DNA of 64,000 bases from an uncultured Actinomycetes bacterium (GTDB lineage: Bacteria > Actinomycetota > Thermoleophilia > Solirubrobacterales > Solirubrobacteraceae): the NCBI GenBank assembly GCA_963764585.1, contig CAVXTB010000013.1, positions 138,517 to 202,516 of the forward strand. Reading direction: 5' to 3'. Under the pieces are notes generated by a model. That model was not told where the DNA came from, made no database searches, and was given only the letters and a program-made list of their open reading frames with translations. The number at the start of each line of letters is the position of its first letter. Position 1 is the first letter of the stretch. Below, one piece after another: positions 36,489 to 46,691 of the stretch. The translations under genes and the position numbers were made by a program.

Positions 36489-37661
36489 ATGCGGACCCAG
36501 GTCGGGATCGTCGGCGCCGGGCCGGCCGGGCTCACGCTCGCGCAGCTGCTGGCGCGTGAGGGGATCGGGTCGGTGGTGCTCGAGAGCCGCACGCGCGAGT
36601 ACGTCGAGAAGCGCATCCGCGCCGGCGTCCTGGAGCAGGGCACGGTCGACCTGCTGCGCGACGCCGCCGTCGGCGAGCGGATGGACCGCGAGGGGATCGT
36701 GCACGGCGGCATCTACCTGCAGTTCGACGGCGAGCGCCACCACGTGCCGATGAGCGAGCTGACGGGCGGCCGCGGGATCGTCATCTACGGCCAGACCGAG
36801 GTCGTCAAGGACCTGATCGCCGCGCGGCTGGCCGCCGAGCTGCCCCTCATCTTCGAGGTCTCGGACGTCGCCGTGCGCGACCTCGAGTCCGAGCGCCCGC
36901 GGATCGCCTTCTCGCGCCAGGGCGGAACCGAGGAGCTGGAATGCGACGTGATCGCGGGCTGCGACGGCTTCCACGGCGTCTGCCGGCCGTCGATCCCCGG
37001 CGGCGTCCTGCGCACGTTCGAGCGCGAGTACCCGTACGGATGGCTCGGGATCCTGGCCGAGGTCGCGCCGTCGATGGACGAGCTGGTCTACACCCACAGC
37101 GAGCGCGGCTTCGCGCTGCTGTCGCTGCGCTCGCCGCAGCTGTCGCGCTACTACGTGCAGGTCGAGCACGACGAGGACATCGACGAATGGCCCGACGAGC
37201 GCATCTGGGAGGAGCTGCAGCTGCGCACCGCCGTCGACGGCTGGTCGCTGGAGGAGGGGCCGATCCTCGAGAAGGGCGTCACCGGCATGCGCAGCTTCGT
37301 CTGCGAGCCGCTGCAATACGGCAACCTCTTCCTCGCTGGAGACGCCGGCCACATCGTGCCGCCGACGGGCGCGAAGGGCCTCAACCTGGCCATCCACGAC
37401 GTGCGCGTGCTGGCCGAGGCGCTCGTGCAGTGGTACCGGACGGGATCGAGGGCGCTGCTGGACGGATACTCGGCGCAATGCCTGCGCCGCGTCTGGCGCG
37501 CGGAGCACTTCTCGTGGTGGATGACGACGATGCTCCACCGGCCGCCGGACGCCGATCCGTTCGGCATCCAGCTGCAGCTCGCGCAGCTTCGCTACGTCAC
37601 GAGCTCGAAGGCGATGGCGACGTCGCTGGCCGAGAACTACACCGGCCTGCGCCAGGTGTGA
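36489..37661 (+). CDS. pobA: 4-hydroxybenzoate 3-monooxygenase
   Basis: MRTQVGIVGAGPAGL..., CDGFHGV, YPYGWLGIL, LAGDAGHIVPPTGAKGLNLA. ATG at 36489 preferred over TTG at 36480. Confidence 0.9.
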   Translation: MRTQVGIVGAGPAGLTLAQLLAREGIGSVVLESRTREYVEKRIRAGVLEQGTVDLLRDAAVGERMDREGIVHGGIYLQFDGERHHVPMSELTGGRGIVIYGQTEVVKDLIAARLAAELPLIFEVSDVAVRDLESERPRIAFSRQGGTEELECDVIAGCDGFHGVCRPSIPGGVLRTFEREYPYGWLGILAEVAPSMDELVYTHSERGFALLSLRSPQLSRYYVQVEHDEDIDEWPDERIWEELQLRTAVDGWSLEEGPILEKGVTGMRSFVCEPLQYGNLFLAGDAGHIVPPTGAKGLNLAIHDVRVLAEALVQWYRTGSRALLDGYSAQCLRRVWRAEHFSWWMTTMLHRPPDADPFGIQLQLAQLRYVTSSKAMATSLAENYTGLRQV

Positions 37662-37664
37662 ATA

Positions 37665-38402
37665 TTGTCTGACGTGTCGAAGGGCCCGCACGCAGCCCGC
37701 CGCAGCGCGAGCGAGACGGTCGCCGACGAGATCCGCGCGTTCATGCAGCGCGAGCGCCTGCAGCCGGGCGACCGGCTGGGCCGCGAGGAGGACCTCGCGC
37801 GCCGGTTCGGGGTCAGCCGCCCGACGCTGCGCGAGGCGCTGCGCCTGCTGTCGAGCGCGCACCTGATCCGCGCCTCGAAGGGCCCCGGGGGCGGCATCTT
37901 CGTGGCCGCGACCGTCGAGGAGGGCATCGCGATGAGCGTCAGCGACAGCGTCGCCTCGATGCTCGCCGCCGACGCCGTCGACCTCGACGAGCTGCTCGAG
38001 GCACGGATGCTCGTGGAGATCCCGCTCGCCGGCCTGGCCGCGCAGCGCGCGACCGAGGAGGACGTCCGGCGGCTGGGCGAGCTGGTCGCCCAGGCCAAGG
38101 CGGCGGGCACGGACTCCGAGCGCTTCAGCGAGCTCGACCGCGAGCTGCACCGCCGCATCACCGCGGCGGCTGGCAACCGCCTCTCGGGCGCCTTCATGGC
38201 CTGGGTCGTCGACGTGCTGGCGCCGAGGCTGCAGGAGCGCCTGAAGCCCGCCGTCGTCGAGTCGACCCTGCTCGGCCAGCACCAGGACGTCCTGCGCGCG
38301 ATCGAGCACGGCGACGCGGTGGCCGCGGAGCGAGCGATGCGCGAGCACCTGCTCTACCTCCGCGACCTCCTGAGCGTGGTCGACGAGTTCGGCGGCGACT
38401 AG
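37665..38402 (+). CDS. GntR/FadR-family transcriptional regulator
   Basis: wHTH motif LGREEDLARRFGVSRPTLREALRLL plus a helical FCD-like C-terminal domain. Lies 3 nt after pobA. Confidence 0.85.
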   Translation: MSDVSKGPHAARRSASETVADEIRAFMQRERLQPGDRLGREEDLARRFGVSRPTLREALRLLSSAHLIRASKGPGGGIFVAATVEEGIAMSVSDSVASMLAADAVDLDELLEARMLVEIPLAGLAAQRATEEDVRRLGELVAQAKAAGTDSERFSELDRELHRRITAAAGNRLSGAFMAWVVDVLAPRLQERLKPAVVESTLLGQHQDVLRAIEHGDAVAAERAMREHLLYLRDLLSVVDEFGGD

Positions 38403-38866
38403 GCGCCCAGCGCCGCCGGCAGCTTGTCGAGCGCCATCCCCCAGCCCGGGCCCACCAGCTCGGCGACGTCGGGCATCGCGGCGGCGAACGCGTCGAGGCG
38501 GTCGTGCACGAGCGTCAGCTCGGTGGCGCCGCCGGGCGCCTCGCGCAGGGTGACGGTCAGCCGCGAGTCGAGCGCAGGATCGGCCTGGCGGTCGGCGCCG
38601 ACGAAGCGCCACAGGAAGACGATCCGCTCGGCGGGGACGAGCTCGACCAGCTCCCACTCGAACCCGCCGACGTCGTCGCCCTCGGGGCTCGCCTGCCAGA
38701 TGCGGTAGGCGCCGCCGACGCGCTCGTCGCCTTCCACGCGCGTCACGGTCATCTCGCCGGGCGCAAGCCAGCGGCGCAGCACCTCGGGCTCCAGCCACGC
38801 GCGGTAGACGCGGTCGGGGGTGGCGGGGATCGTTCGCTGCAGGCGGACTTCGGTCATGGTGGTCAT
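38399..38866 (-). CDS. SRPBCC/AHSA1-family protein
   Basis: RLQRTIPATPDRVYRAWLEPEVLRRWLAPG... ATGA overlap with the ArsR gene. Confidence 0.8.
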   Translation of the reverse strand: MTTMTEVRLQRTIPATPDRVYRAWLEPEVLRRWLAPGEMTVTRVEGDERVGGAYRIWQASPEGDDVGGFEWELVELVPAERIVFLWRFVGADRQADPALDSRLTVTLREAPGGATELTLVHDRLDAFAAAMPDVAELVGPGWGMALDKLPAALGA

Positions 38867-39210
38867 CGCTGCTCCCTGTCGGGGTCGGATTCGGCCGTCA
38901 AGAGGGCTTGAAGGGCGTCGAGGCTCTGCGTCCAGTACTGCTCGTAGAAGGCCAGCCACGCAGACGCGGACGCCAGCGGCGCGGGGTCCAGACGGCAGAC
39001 GTGGCGCCGGCCGTCGATCGTGCGACGCACGAGGCCTGCGCCCTCGAGGACCTTGACGTGCTTCGACGCCGCCGCGAGCGACATCGTCAGCGGCTCGGCC
39101 AGCTCGCCGACGGTCAGCGCGCCGCCGGCCAGGCGCCCGAGCATGTCGCGCCGCGCGCCGTGCGCGAGCGCGTGGAACACCGCGTCCATCTCGGTCAATC
39201 CCTCAACCAT
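38863..39210 (-). CDS. ArsR/SmtB-family transcriptional regulator
   Basis: VFHALAHGARRDMLGRLAGGALTVGELAEPLTMSLAAASKHVKVLEGAGLV. An alternative start is the ATG at 39189, preceded by GAGGGA. Confidence 0.85.
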   Translation of the reverse strand: MVEGLTEMDAVFHALAHGARRDMLGRLAGGALTVGELAEPLTMSLAAASKHVKVLEGAGLVRRTIDGRRHVCRLDPAPLASASAWLAFYEQYWTQSLDALQALLTAESDPDREQR

Positions 39211-39218
39211 TTGGTTGA
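39203..39218. promoter_or_regulatory. 7-2-7 inverted repeat TCAACCA-TT-TGGTTGA (candidate ArsR operator)
   Basis: Read directly. It overlaps the first ATG of the ArsR gene. Confidence 0.45.
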
Positions 39219-39242
39219 ACTTAGAGCAGGACCGCGGGATTG

Positions 39243-39258
39243 TCAACCAATTGGTTGA
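39243..39258. promoter_or_regulatory. perfect 16-bp palindrome TCAACCAATTGGTTGA (candidate ArsR operator)
   Basis: Read directly. Its centre is 40 bp from the first copy, and it overlaps the MFS stop codon. Confidence 0.45.
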
Positions 39259-40508
39259 GCTTCCGCGCCACGCGGCAGCTCGCGCACCTCGCGCACGCTG
39301 AGGAAGGCCAGCGCGCAGGCCACGCCGATGACGCTCATCCCCACCAGCGTGGCCTGCGTGCCGAGCGCCGCGGCGAGCGGGCCGGCCAGCGCGGTGCCGA
39401 CCGGCATCAGCGCGGTCGCCGACAGGTAGTCGAACGAGCTGACCCGCGACAGCGCCTCGCCCGGCACGTGCTCCTGCAGCGAGACCTCCCAGAGCGTGAA
39501 GAACGCGGTCACGCCCACGCCGGCGCCGCATTGGAGGACGCACATCCCGACCAGGCCGAGCCCCGAGCCGTAGACGGCGGCCTGGCAGGAGGCCGCGATC
39601 AGTGCGATGCCCGCGACCCGCAGCGCGTGGCGCGGGCGGATGCGCAGCAGCAGCAGGTCGCCGAGCACCGAGCCGATGCCGAACGACACGACGACCGCGG
39701 CCCACGCGCCCGGGCCGCCGACGCGCTCGGACACGGTGACCGGCCCGAGCACGAACACCGCCGGCAGGACGATCCCGTGGTAGGCGCACATCGCGCCGAG
39801 GCCGGCGAGGATCCACCGCCGCGAGCGCACCTCGCGCCAGCCGGCGTGCACGGCGTCCAGGAACGCGGGCGGCGTCTCCTCGGTCGCCTCTGCTGCCACC
39901 CGCGGGCGCAGGCGCACCAGGCAGGCGACGCTGACCGCGAACGAGCCGGCGTCGAAGAGCATCGCCGCGCCCGCGCCGATCGTGCCGATGAGCACGCCCG
40001 CCAGCGCCGGGCCGGCGATGCTCGACACCGAGAAGCTCAGGCCGCGCAGCGCGTTGGCCGGCTGCAGCTGGCCGGGGTGCGAGACCGTCTGCGGCAGCAG
40101 CCCGGTGAACGCGGGCTGGAAGAAGGCGTCCGCGGTGCCGTACAGCGCGGCGAGCACGCCGAGCGTCAGCGGGCTCGCCGCATCGGCCAGCAGCAGCGCG
40201 CCGCCCACGGCCTGCACGACGAGCCGCGCCACGTCGGAGGTCACGAGGACCAGCCGGCGGTCCGTGCGATCAGACACCACCCCGCCCACCACTGCGAACA
40301 CGAGGAACGGCACGAGCTGGGCGCCGACCACCAGGCCGACCGCGCCGATCCCGCCGCCGGCTTCGAGCACGGCGAAGGGCAGCGCCACGAGCATCACCCG
40401 GTCGCCGACGAGCGACAGCACCTGGCCGGCGAACAGCAGCCGGAATTGCTGCTCGGTGCGCAGGACCTCCGGGACGAGCGCGCGCAGCGAGCCTGCCGGC
40501 CATGTCAT
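39243..40508 (-). CDS. MFS transporter
   Basis: 421 aa with ~12 TM helices. N-terminus FRLLFAGQVLSLVGDRVMLVALPF. Confidence 0.85.
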   Translation of the reverse strand: MTWPAGSLRALVPEVLRTEQQFRLLFAGQVLSLVGDRVMLVALPFAVLEAGGGIGAVGLVVGAQLVPFLVFAVVGGVVSDRTDRRLVLVTSDVARLVVQAVGGALLLADAASPLTLGVLAALYGTADAFFQPAFTGLLPQTVSHPGQLQPANALRGLSFSVSSIAGPALAGVLIGTIGAGAAMLFDAGSFAVSVACLVRLRPRVAAEATEETPPAFLDAVHAGWREVRSRRWILAGLGAMCAYHGIVLPAVFVLGPVTVSERVGGPGAWAAVVVSFGIGSVLGDLLLLRIRPRHALRVAGIALIAASCQAAVYGSGLGLVGMCVLQCGAGVGVTAFFTLWEVSLQEHVPGEALSRVSSFDYLSATALMPVGTALAGPLAAALGTQATLVGMSVIGVACALAFLSVREVRELPRGAEAQPIG

Positions 40509-40545
40509 CGGGCCTACTATCGCGCCGCGCCCGGCGGCGGTCGGC

Positions 40546-41379
40546 TCAGGACATGCTCAGGGCGGGCTCGCGCGCGCCAACCGCGAGCCCCTGATGGAGC
40601 GCGTGGTCGTGCAGCTTGCGGATCGCCTCGCGCAGGATCCGCGAGATCTGCATCTGGCTGACGCCGATGCGCTCGCCGATCTCCTGCTGCGTCATGTCCT
40701 GCTCGAAGCGCAGCCAGAGCACGAGGCGCTCGCGCGCCGAGAGCACGACCATCAGGCGCCGCAGCGTCTCGCGGCGCTCGACGTCGTCGAAGCCGTCCTC
40801 GTCGACGCCCAGCGTCGCGCCGAGCGTGGTGGGCGTCTCGGTGCTCTGCTCGCGCGCCGGCGCGTCGAGCGACCGTGCGCGCTTGGCGTGGGCCGCCTGC
40901 AGCCCTTCGAGGACGTCCTCGACGCCGACCCCCAGCCGCTCGGCGATCTCCGGGACCGTCGGCTTGCGCCCGAGCTCACGCTCGAGCGCCTCGGCGGCGC
41001 GCCCGACCTTCAGCGCGAGGTCCTGCAGGTCGCGCGGCACGTGCACCGTCCACGTGCGATCGCGGTAGTAGCGCTTGATCTCGCCCGTGATCGTCGGCAC
41101 GGCGAACGAGGAGAACGCCCCGCCGCGCTCGGCGTCGAAGCGATCGATGGCCTTGACGAGCCCGACGCAGGCGACCTGGAAGACGTCCTCGAAGGCCTCG
41201 CCGCGCGACGCGAACCGTCCCGCGAGGCTGCGCGCGAGCGGCAGGAAGCGCTCGACCAGCAGATCGCGATCCACCCGATCGCCCGTGTCCGCAAGGCGCC
41301 GGAAGAGCTCGCGATCGACTCGGTGGCGCTCTCGATCGACGGGCTGGACGGTTGCCGGCGCAGCGGGAGTTGGACTCAC
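40546..41379 (-). CDS. group 3 (SigB/SigF-type) RNA polymerase sigma factor
   Basis: FEDVFQVACVGLVKAIDRFD, FSSFAVPTITGEIKRYYRD, and region 4 MTQQEIGERIGVSQMQISRIL. GTG start. Confidence 0.85.
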   Translation of the reverse strand: MSPTPAAPATVQPVDRERHRVDRELFRRLADTGDRVDRDLLVERFLPLARSLAGRFASRGEAFEDVFQVACVGLVKAIDRFDAERGGAFSSFAVPTITGEIKRYYRDRTWTVHVPRDLQDLALKVGRAAEALERELGRKPTVPEIAERLGVGVEDVLEGLQAAHAKRARSLDAPAREQSTETPTTLGATLGVDEDGFDDVERRETLRRLMVVLSARERLVLWLRFEQDMTQQEIGERIGVSQMQISRILREAIRKLHDHALHQGLAVGAREPALSMS

Positions 41380-41471
41380 GAGGCGGGTCCTCCTGGAGAC
41401 GATCTGGCTCGGACTGGGAGGACCGGGGTGGCCGTCTCCTACCCGGCCCGCAGCGGCGGAAAACGGCTAGG

Positions 41472-41544
41472 CGCCCCCGGGAGGACTCGAACCTCCGACC
41501 CGCTGCTTAGAAGGCAGCCGCTCTGTCCACTGAGCTACGGGGGC
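41472..41544 (-). tRNA. tRNA-Arg (anticodon TCT)
   Basis: Hand-folded: GCCCCCG TA GCTC AGTGGACA GAGC G GCTGC CTTCTAA GCAGC GGGTC GGAGG TTCGAGT CCTCC CGGGGGC G. Confidence 0.9.
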
Positions 41545-41572
41545 AAGCCGAGACCACGTGGTCCCGGCGAGG

Positions 41573-41647
41573 TCGGGGCGCCCGGATTCGAACCGGGGAC
41601 CTCGGCCACCCAAAGGCCGCGCGCTAGCCAGACTGCGCTACGCCCCG
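41573..41647 (-). tRNA. tRNA-Pro (anticodon TGG)
   Basis: Hand-folded: CGGGGCG TA GCGC AGTCTGGCTA GCGC G CGGCC TTTGGGT GGCCG AGGTC CCCGG TTCGAAT CCGGG CGCCCCG A. Confidence 0.9.
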
Positions 41648-41738
41648 ACAAGGACAAGTATGGCGCGGCTCGTCGTACACCCGTCGGAATTCGGCGTGCA
41701 GCGCTCAAGCGCGGCGGCGCGACGCGCCGAGGTGGCTG

Positions 41739-42308
41739 GTGTCCGCCATGCGTCTCCGGTCCCGTCGCAGCTGCGTCGCCCTGCTCGCGCTCGCCCTCGT
41801 CGCGGCGCCGGCGCCCGCGCGGGCGAGCGACCGCTGCGAGGACGCCGACGCGCTGCCCGGGCAGGTGTCGCAGGCGCGTCTGCGGGCGGCGACGTTGTGC
41901 CTGATGAACGCCGAGCGCGGCGCGCGCGGCCTCGCGCGGCTGCAGCCCCAGCCGGCGCTTGCCCGCGTCGCGAGCAGCTACGCGCGCGCGATGGTGCGCG
42001 AGCGCTTCTTCGACCACACCTCGCCCGGCGGCTCGACGATGATGTCGCGCATCCGCTCGTCGCGCTACCTGCGCGACGTCAGCTCGTGGTCGGTCGGCGA
42101 GAACCTCGCGTGGGGCAGCGGCCCGCTGGCCACCCCGCGCGCGACCGTCCGCGCTTGGATGCACTCGGCCGATCACCGCGCGAACCTGCTCGACGCGCGC
42201 TTCCGCGACGTCGGCATCGGGATCGCCGAGGGCGCGCCGGCGGCGCTCGGCCCGGACGAGCCGGGCGGGACGTACGTCACCGACTTCGGGCGAAGGGTCC
42301 GCGGGTAG
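41739..42308 (+). CDS. secreted CAP/SCP/PR-1 (YkwD-like) domain protein
   Basis: Signal peptide, then LARVASSYARAMVRERFFDHTSPGG...GENLAWG...WMHSADHRANLL. The start may be the ATG at 41748. Confidence 0.8.
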   Translation: MSAMRLRSRRSCVALLALALVAAPAPARASDRCEDADALPGQVSQARLRAATLCLMNAERGARGLARLQPQPALARVASSYARAMVRERFFDHTSPGGSTMMSRIRSSRYLRDVSSWSVGENLAWGSGPLATPRATVRAWMHSADHRANLLDARFRDVGIGIAEGAPAALGPDEPGGTYVTDFGRRVRG

Positions 42309-42513
42309 CGCGGCGTGTTGCGGCGCTGCGCGGCCGGGCACCGAGGGGAACAAGCCGCTTGTGGGGACGCCACCGTGGCGTCGTGCCTCGTCGCGTGCGG
42401 CTGCGCAGAGGGGCGCATGTGTTGGTGCAGGGCGCACGTGTTCTGCAACACCTGTCAGAGCGCTCCTTCGAAGCGTGGTCGATAGGTGTTGTATGGAGGC
42501 TGTTGCACAAGGG
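42305..42513. repeat. left arm of a long imperfect inverted repeat (approximate bounds)
   Basis: The reverse complement aligns by eye with 43255-43490. Shared blocks: gcaacagcctc, caacaccNatcgaccacgNttcg, gtgttgNNgaacacg, cgcgacgaggcacgacgcNacgg, cggcttNtNcccctc. Confidence 0.6.
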
Positions 42514-42616
42514 GGTCCGAAAAGCTTCGGAACCTAACGGGTGGGAGACGGATCGCGATCTATCGCTCTGACGGCGTTCTCGTCCCACTTGTCGGCCATA
42601 TTCGGCCGCCCTGAGC

Positions 42617-43175
42617 ATGGGTCGTCCCATCACAGTTCGACGCACCGGATCTGTGGGTGGGTTGTCCGGCATCTCGGCCAACCGGACCTACGAGAAGATC
42701 CGCCAGGAGGTCGACCGGATCCTGGCCGAGGCCGACGAGACCGACGCCGAGGAGGACGCCCGGTTCGGCCAGGCGCGCGGCGACGAAGTCCCGCAGGAAC
42801 TGACGGATCCGGTCACGCGCCGCGAGCGGCTGGAGTGCGCCAAGCGCGAGCTTGAGGCCGAGCAGGCCGCGCGCGTGGCCGAGCATGAGGCGATGCTCGC
42901 CCGCCGCGCCGAGCACCGCGAGCGGACCGGCCGCAACCCGAGGGGGCGCCCACCGGGCGACGGGCCGGGTCCCGAGCCGCCCGCCGACGCCAAGCGCAAC
43001 ATCACCGACCCCGATAGCCGGATCATGCGCGACCGCGGCGCGCACGTGCAGGCCTACAACGCCCAGGCGGTCGTCGGGGAGGGCAGGGTGATTCTCGCCG
43101 CCGACGTCACCACCAGCCCCAATGACAGCCACCAACTGCTGGCGATGCTCCGGGCGACCCGCGAGAACCTCCTCC
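42617..43175 (+). pseudogene. IS1182-family-like transposase internal fragment (N-terminal and C-terminal catalytic parts missing)
   Basis: ISANRTYEKIRQEVDRILAEADETDAEEDARFG...NITDPDSRIMRDRGAHVQAYNAQAVVGEGRVILAADVTTSPNDSHQLLAML, then the frame degrades into junk. Confidence 0.6.
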
Positions 43176-43254
43176 CACGTGCCGGCAATCTACCGCCGCC
43201 CCGAGCTCGGGTCTTCGCAGCACACCCAAACACACCGAATCGGTGCGTGAGGCC

Positions 43255-43490
43255 GACCCTTACGCAACAGCCTCATGGCAACACCAATCGACCACGGTTC
43301 GCGAGGGCGCCCCCGGCGGCCGGGACGAAAGTGTTGTGAAACACGCACACGGCCCGCTCGCGCAGCGGGCGTGTGGCCCGGCGGAAGCGACGCCCGCGAC
43401 GAGGCACGACGCGACGGCAGCGCCACGACAACGGCTTCTCCCCCTCATTGCCCTGGCCACGAACCGCCGCCGAGCCCCGCGCGGACGACC
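43255..43490. repeat. right arm of the long imperfect inverted repeat (approximate bounds)
   Basis: See the left arm at 42305-42513. Confidence 0.6.
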
Positions 43491-43560
43491 ACGCCCCGCA
43501 TGGCTCATGCGCAGCCGCCACAGCCAACGGCGGCGCCGCTGCTAGGGTCGCTGGCCGCCC

Positions 43561-44808
<1,248 letters not shown>

Positions 44809-44823
44809 CGGGAGGCAGGAGGT

Positions 44824-45237
44824 TTGAACAGGATGAAGGCGACCGCGACTCGTGACAGCGGCTACCGGCACGTCGTGCGGGTCCGCAGCCACGATCTGAG
44901 CATCGACGAGCCCACGGACACGGGCGGCAGCGACACGGGACCGAGCCCACAGGAGCTGCTGGCCGCGAGCCTGGCGTCCTGCACCGCCGTCACGATGGAG
45001 ATGTACGCGACGCGCAAGGGCTGGGACATCGGCGGCGTCGAGGTCGTCTGCGAGTACACGCCCGCCGAGCGCGGCTGCCCCACTCGCTTCGGCATCGTCC
45101 TGCGCCTGCCCGAGTCGCTCGGCGAGGAGCAGGTGGAGCGCCTGCGCATCATCGCCGCCAAGTGCCCGGTGCACCGCACGCTGGACGGCGAGGTCATGTT
45201 TGACGAGCGTGTCGAGCGCGTCTCGCTCGCGCACTGA
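44824..45237 (+). CDS. OsmC/Ohr-family protein
   Basis: GGSDTGPSPQELLAASLASCTAVTM...IIAAKCPVHRTL. Confidence 0.85.
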   Translation: MNRMKATATRDSGYRHVVRVRSHDLSIDEPTDTGGSDTGPSPQELLAASLASCTAVTMEMYATRKGWDIGGVEVVCEYTPAERGCPTRFGIVLRLPESLGEEQVERLRIIAAKCPVHRTLDGEVMFDERVERVSLAH

Positions 45238-45802
45238 GCTCGCGCGCAGGCTGCGCTCGGTTCTCCTCGACGCCGCGGAGGCCGCGGCGCTCGACGTCCA
45301 CGGGCGCATCGACGCGGCCGTGCTCGTGCCGCTCTACGTCTCCGACGGCGAGCTGCACGCCGTCTTCACCCGCAGGCGCGACGACCTGCGCCGCCACCCC
45401 GGCGAGATCTCGTTCCCCGGCGGCCGCCAGGACGACGACGAGACCGACCTGCGGCTGACCGCCCTGCGCGAGGCCGAGGAGGAGATCGGCCTGCCCGGCC
45501 GCGCGGTCGAGATCGTCGGCGCGCTGCAGCCGACGCCGACGATCGCGACGAACTACGCCGTGTACCCCTTCGTCGGGCTCATCGAGCCTGGCCGGGCCTG
45601 GCGCCCATCGGCCACCGAGGTCGCCGAGGTGCTCGAGCTGCCGCTGCGCGCCCTGCGCGCGGGCTACGAGCGCCGGCGCCTGGTGCGCCGCGGCGTCCCG
45701 TTTCGCACCGACGTCTACGTCATCGGCGACGATCTGATCTGGGGCGCCACGGCGCGCATGGTGGGCGACCTGCTCGATCGCCTTCCCGAAGACCTCGCCT
45801 GA
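45200..45802 (+). CDS. NUDIX hydrolase (CoA pyrophosphatase-like)
   Basis: Nudix box GGRQDDDETDLRLTALREAEEEIGL. Start uncertain (TTG 45200 or GTG 45209); it overlaps the OsmC 3' end. Confidence 0.8.
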   Translation: MTSVSSASRSRTELARRLRSVLLDAAEAAALDVHGRIDAAVLVPLYVSDGELHAVFTRRRDDLRRHPGEISFPGGRQDDDETDLRLTALREAEEEIGLPGRAVEIVGALQPTPTIATNYAVYPFVGLIEPGRAWRPSATEVAEVLELPLRALRAGYERRRLVRRGVPFRTDVYVIGDDLIWGATARMVGDLLDRLPEDLA

Positions 45803-45803
45803 G

Positions 45804-46646
45804 CTAGACGTCCTTCTCGATCGGAACGCCGACGAGGCTGCCCCACTCGGTCCACGAGCCGTCGTAGTTCTTGACGTCGTCGTGGCCGAGCAGCTCGTGC
45901 AGCACGAACCACGTGTGCGCCGAGCGCTCGCCGATGCGGCAGTAGGCGATGATCGGCTCGCCGGCCAGCACGCCCTTCTCGGTGTACAGGGCGCGCAGGT
46001 CGTCGGCCGACTTGAACGTCCCGTCCTCGGTGACCGCCTGCGCCCACGGCACCGACTTGGCGCCGGGGATGTGCCCGGCGCGCTGGGCGCCCTCCTGCTC
46101 GTAGCCCGCCATCGCGATGAGCTCGCCGGAGAACTCCTGGGGCGAGCGCACGTCGACCAGGCGCTTGCCGTTGTCCAGCGCCCCGAGCACGTCGTCGCGC
46201 TTGGCGCGGATCGCGCCGTCGCCCGGCTGCGCCGTGAACGTCGCCGGCTCGTGCGAGGGCACCTCGGTCGTCGTCGGGCGGTTCTCCGCGATCCACTTCT
46301 CGCGCGGGCCGTTGACGAGCTTGACCTTGTCGTGGCCGTAGTACTTCAGGTACCAGTAGGTGTAGGCGGCGAACCAGTTGTTGCGATCGCCGTACAGGAC
46401 GATCGTGTGCTCGTTGGAGATCCCGCGCGACCCGAACAGCGCCCCGAAGTCCTCCGCGCCCAGGAAGTCGCGCCTGACCTGGTCCTGCAGGTCGGTCTTC
46501 CAATCGAGCCCGATCGCGCCCGGGACGTGGGCGTCGGCGTAGAGCGCCGGGTTCTCGTCGACCTCGACGATGCGGATCGACGGGTCGTCCAGATGCTGCT
46601 CGACCCATTCGGTGTCGACCAGCACGTCCTTCGCGTAGCCAGCCAC
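45804..46646 (-). CDS. thiosulfate/3-mercaptopyruvate sulfurtransferase (tandem rhodanese)
   Basis: Two rhodanese domains with active-site loop YCRIGERSAHTWF. Confidence 0.9.
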   Translation of the reverse strand: MAGYAKDVLVDTEWVEQHLDDPSIRIVEVDENPALYADAHVPGAIGLDWKTDLQDQVRRDFLGAEDFGALFGSRGISNEHTIVLYGDRNNWFAAYTYWYLKYYGHDKVKLVNGPREKWIAENRPTTTEVPSHEPATFTAQPGDGAIRAKRDDVLGALDNGKRLVDVRSPQEFSGELIAMAGYEQEGAQRAGHIPGAKSVPWAQAVTEDGTFKSADDLRALYTEKGVLAGEPIIAYCRIGERSAHTWFVLHELLGHDDVKNYDGSWTEWGSLVGVPIEKDV

Positions 46647-46691
46647 GCTCGCCCTCCTTCTTCGAAAGAAATCCAGTCGGCTTTAGGGTAT

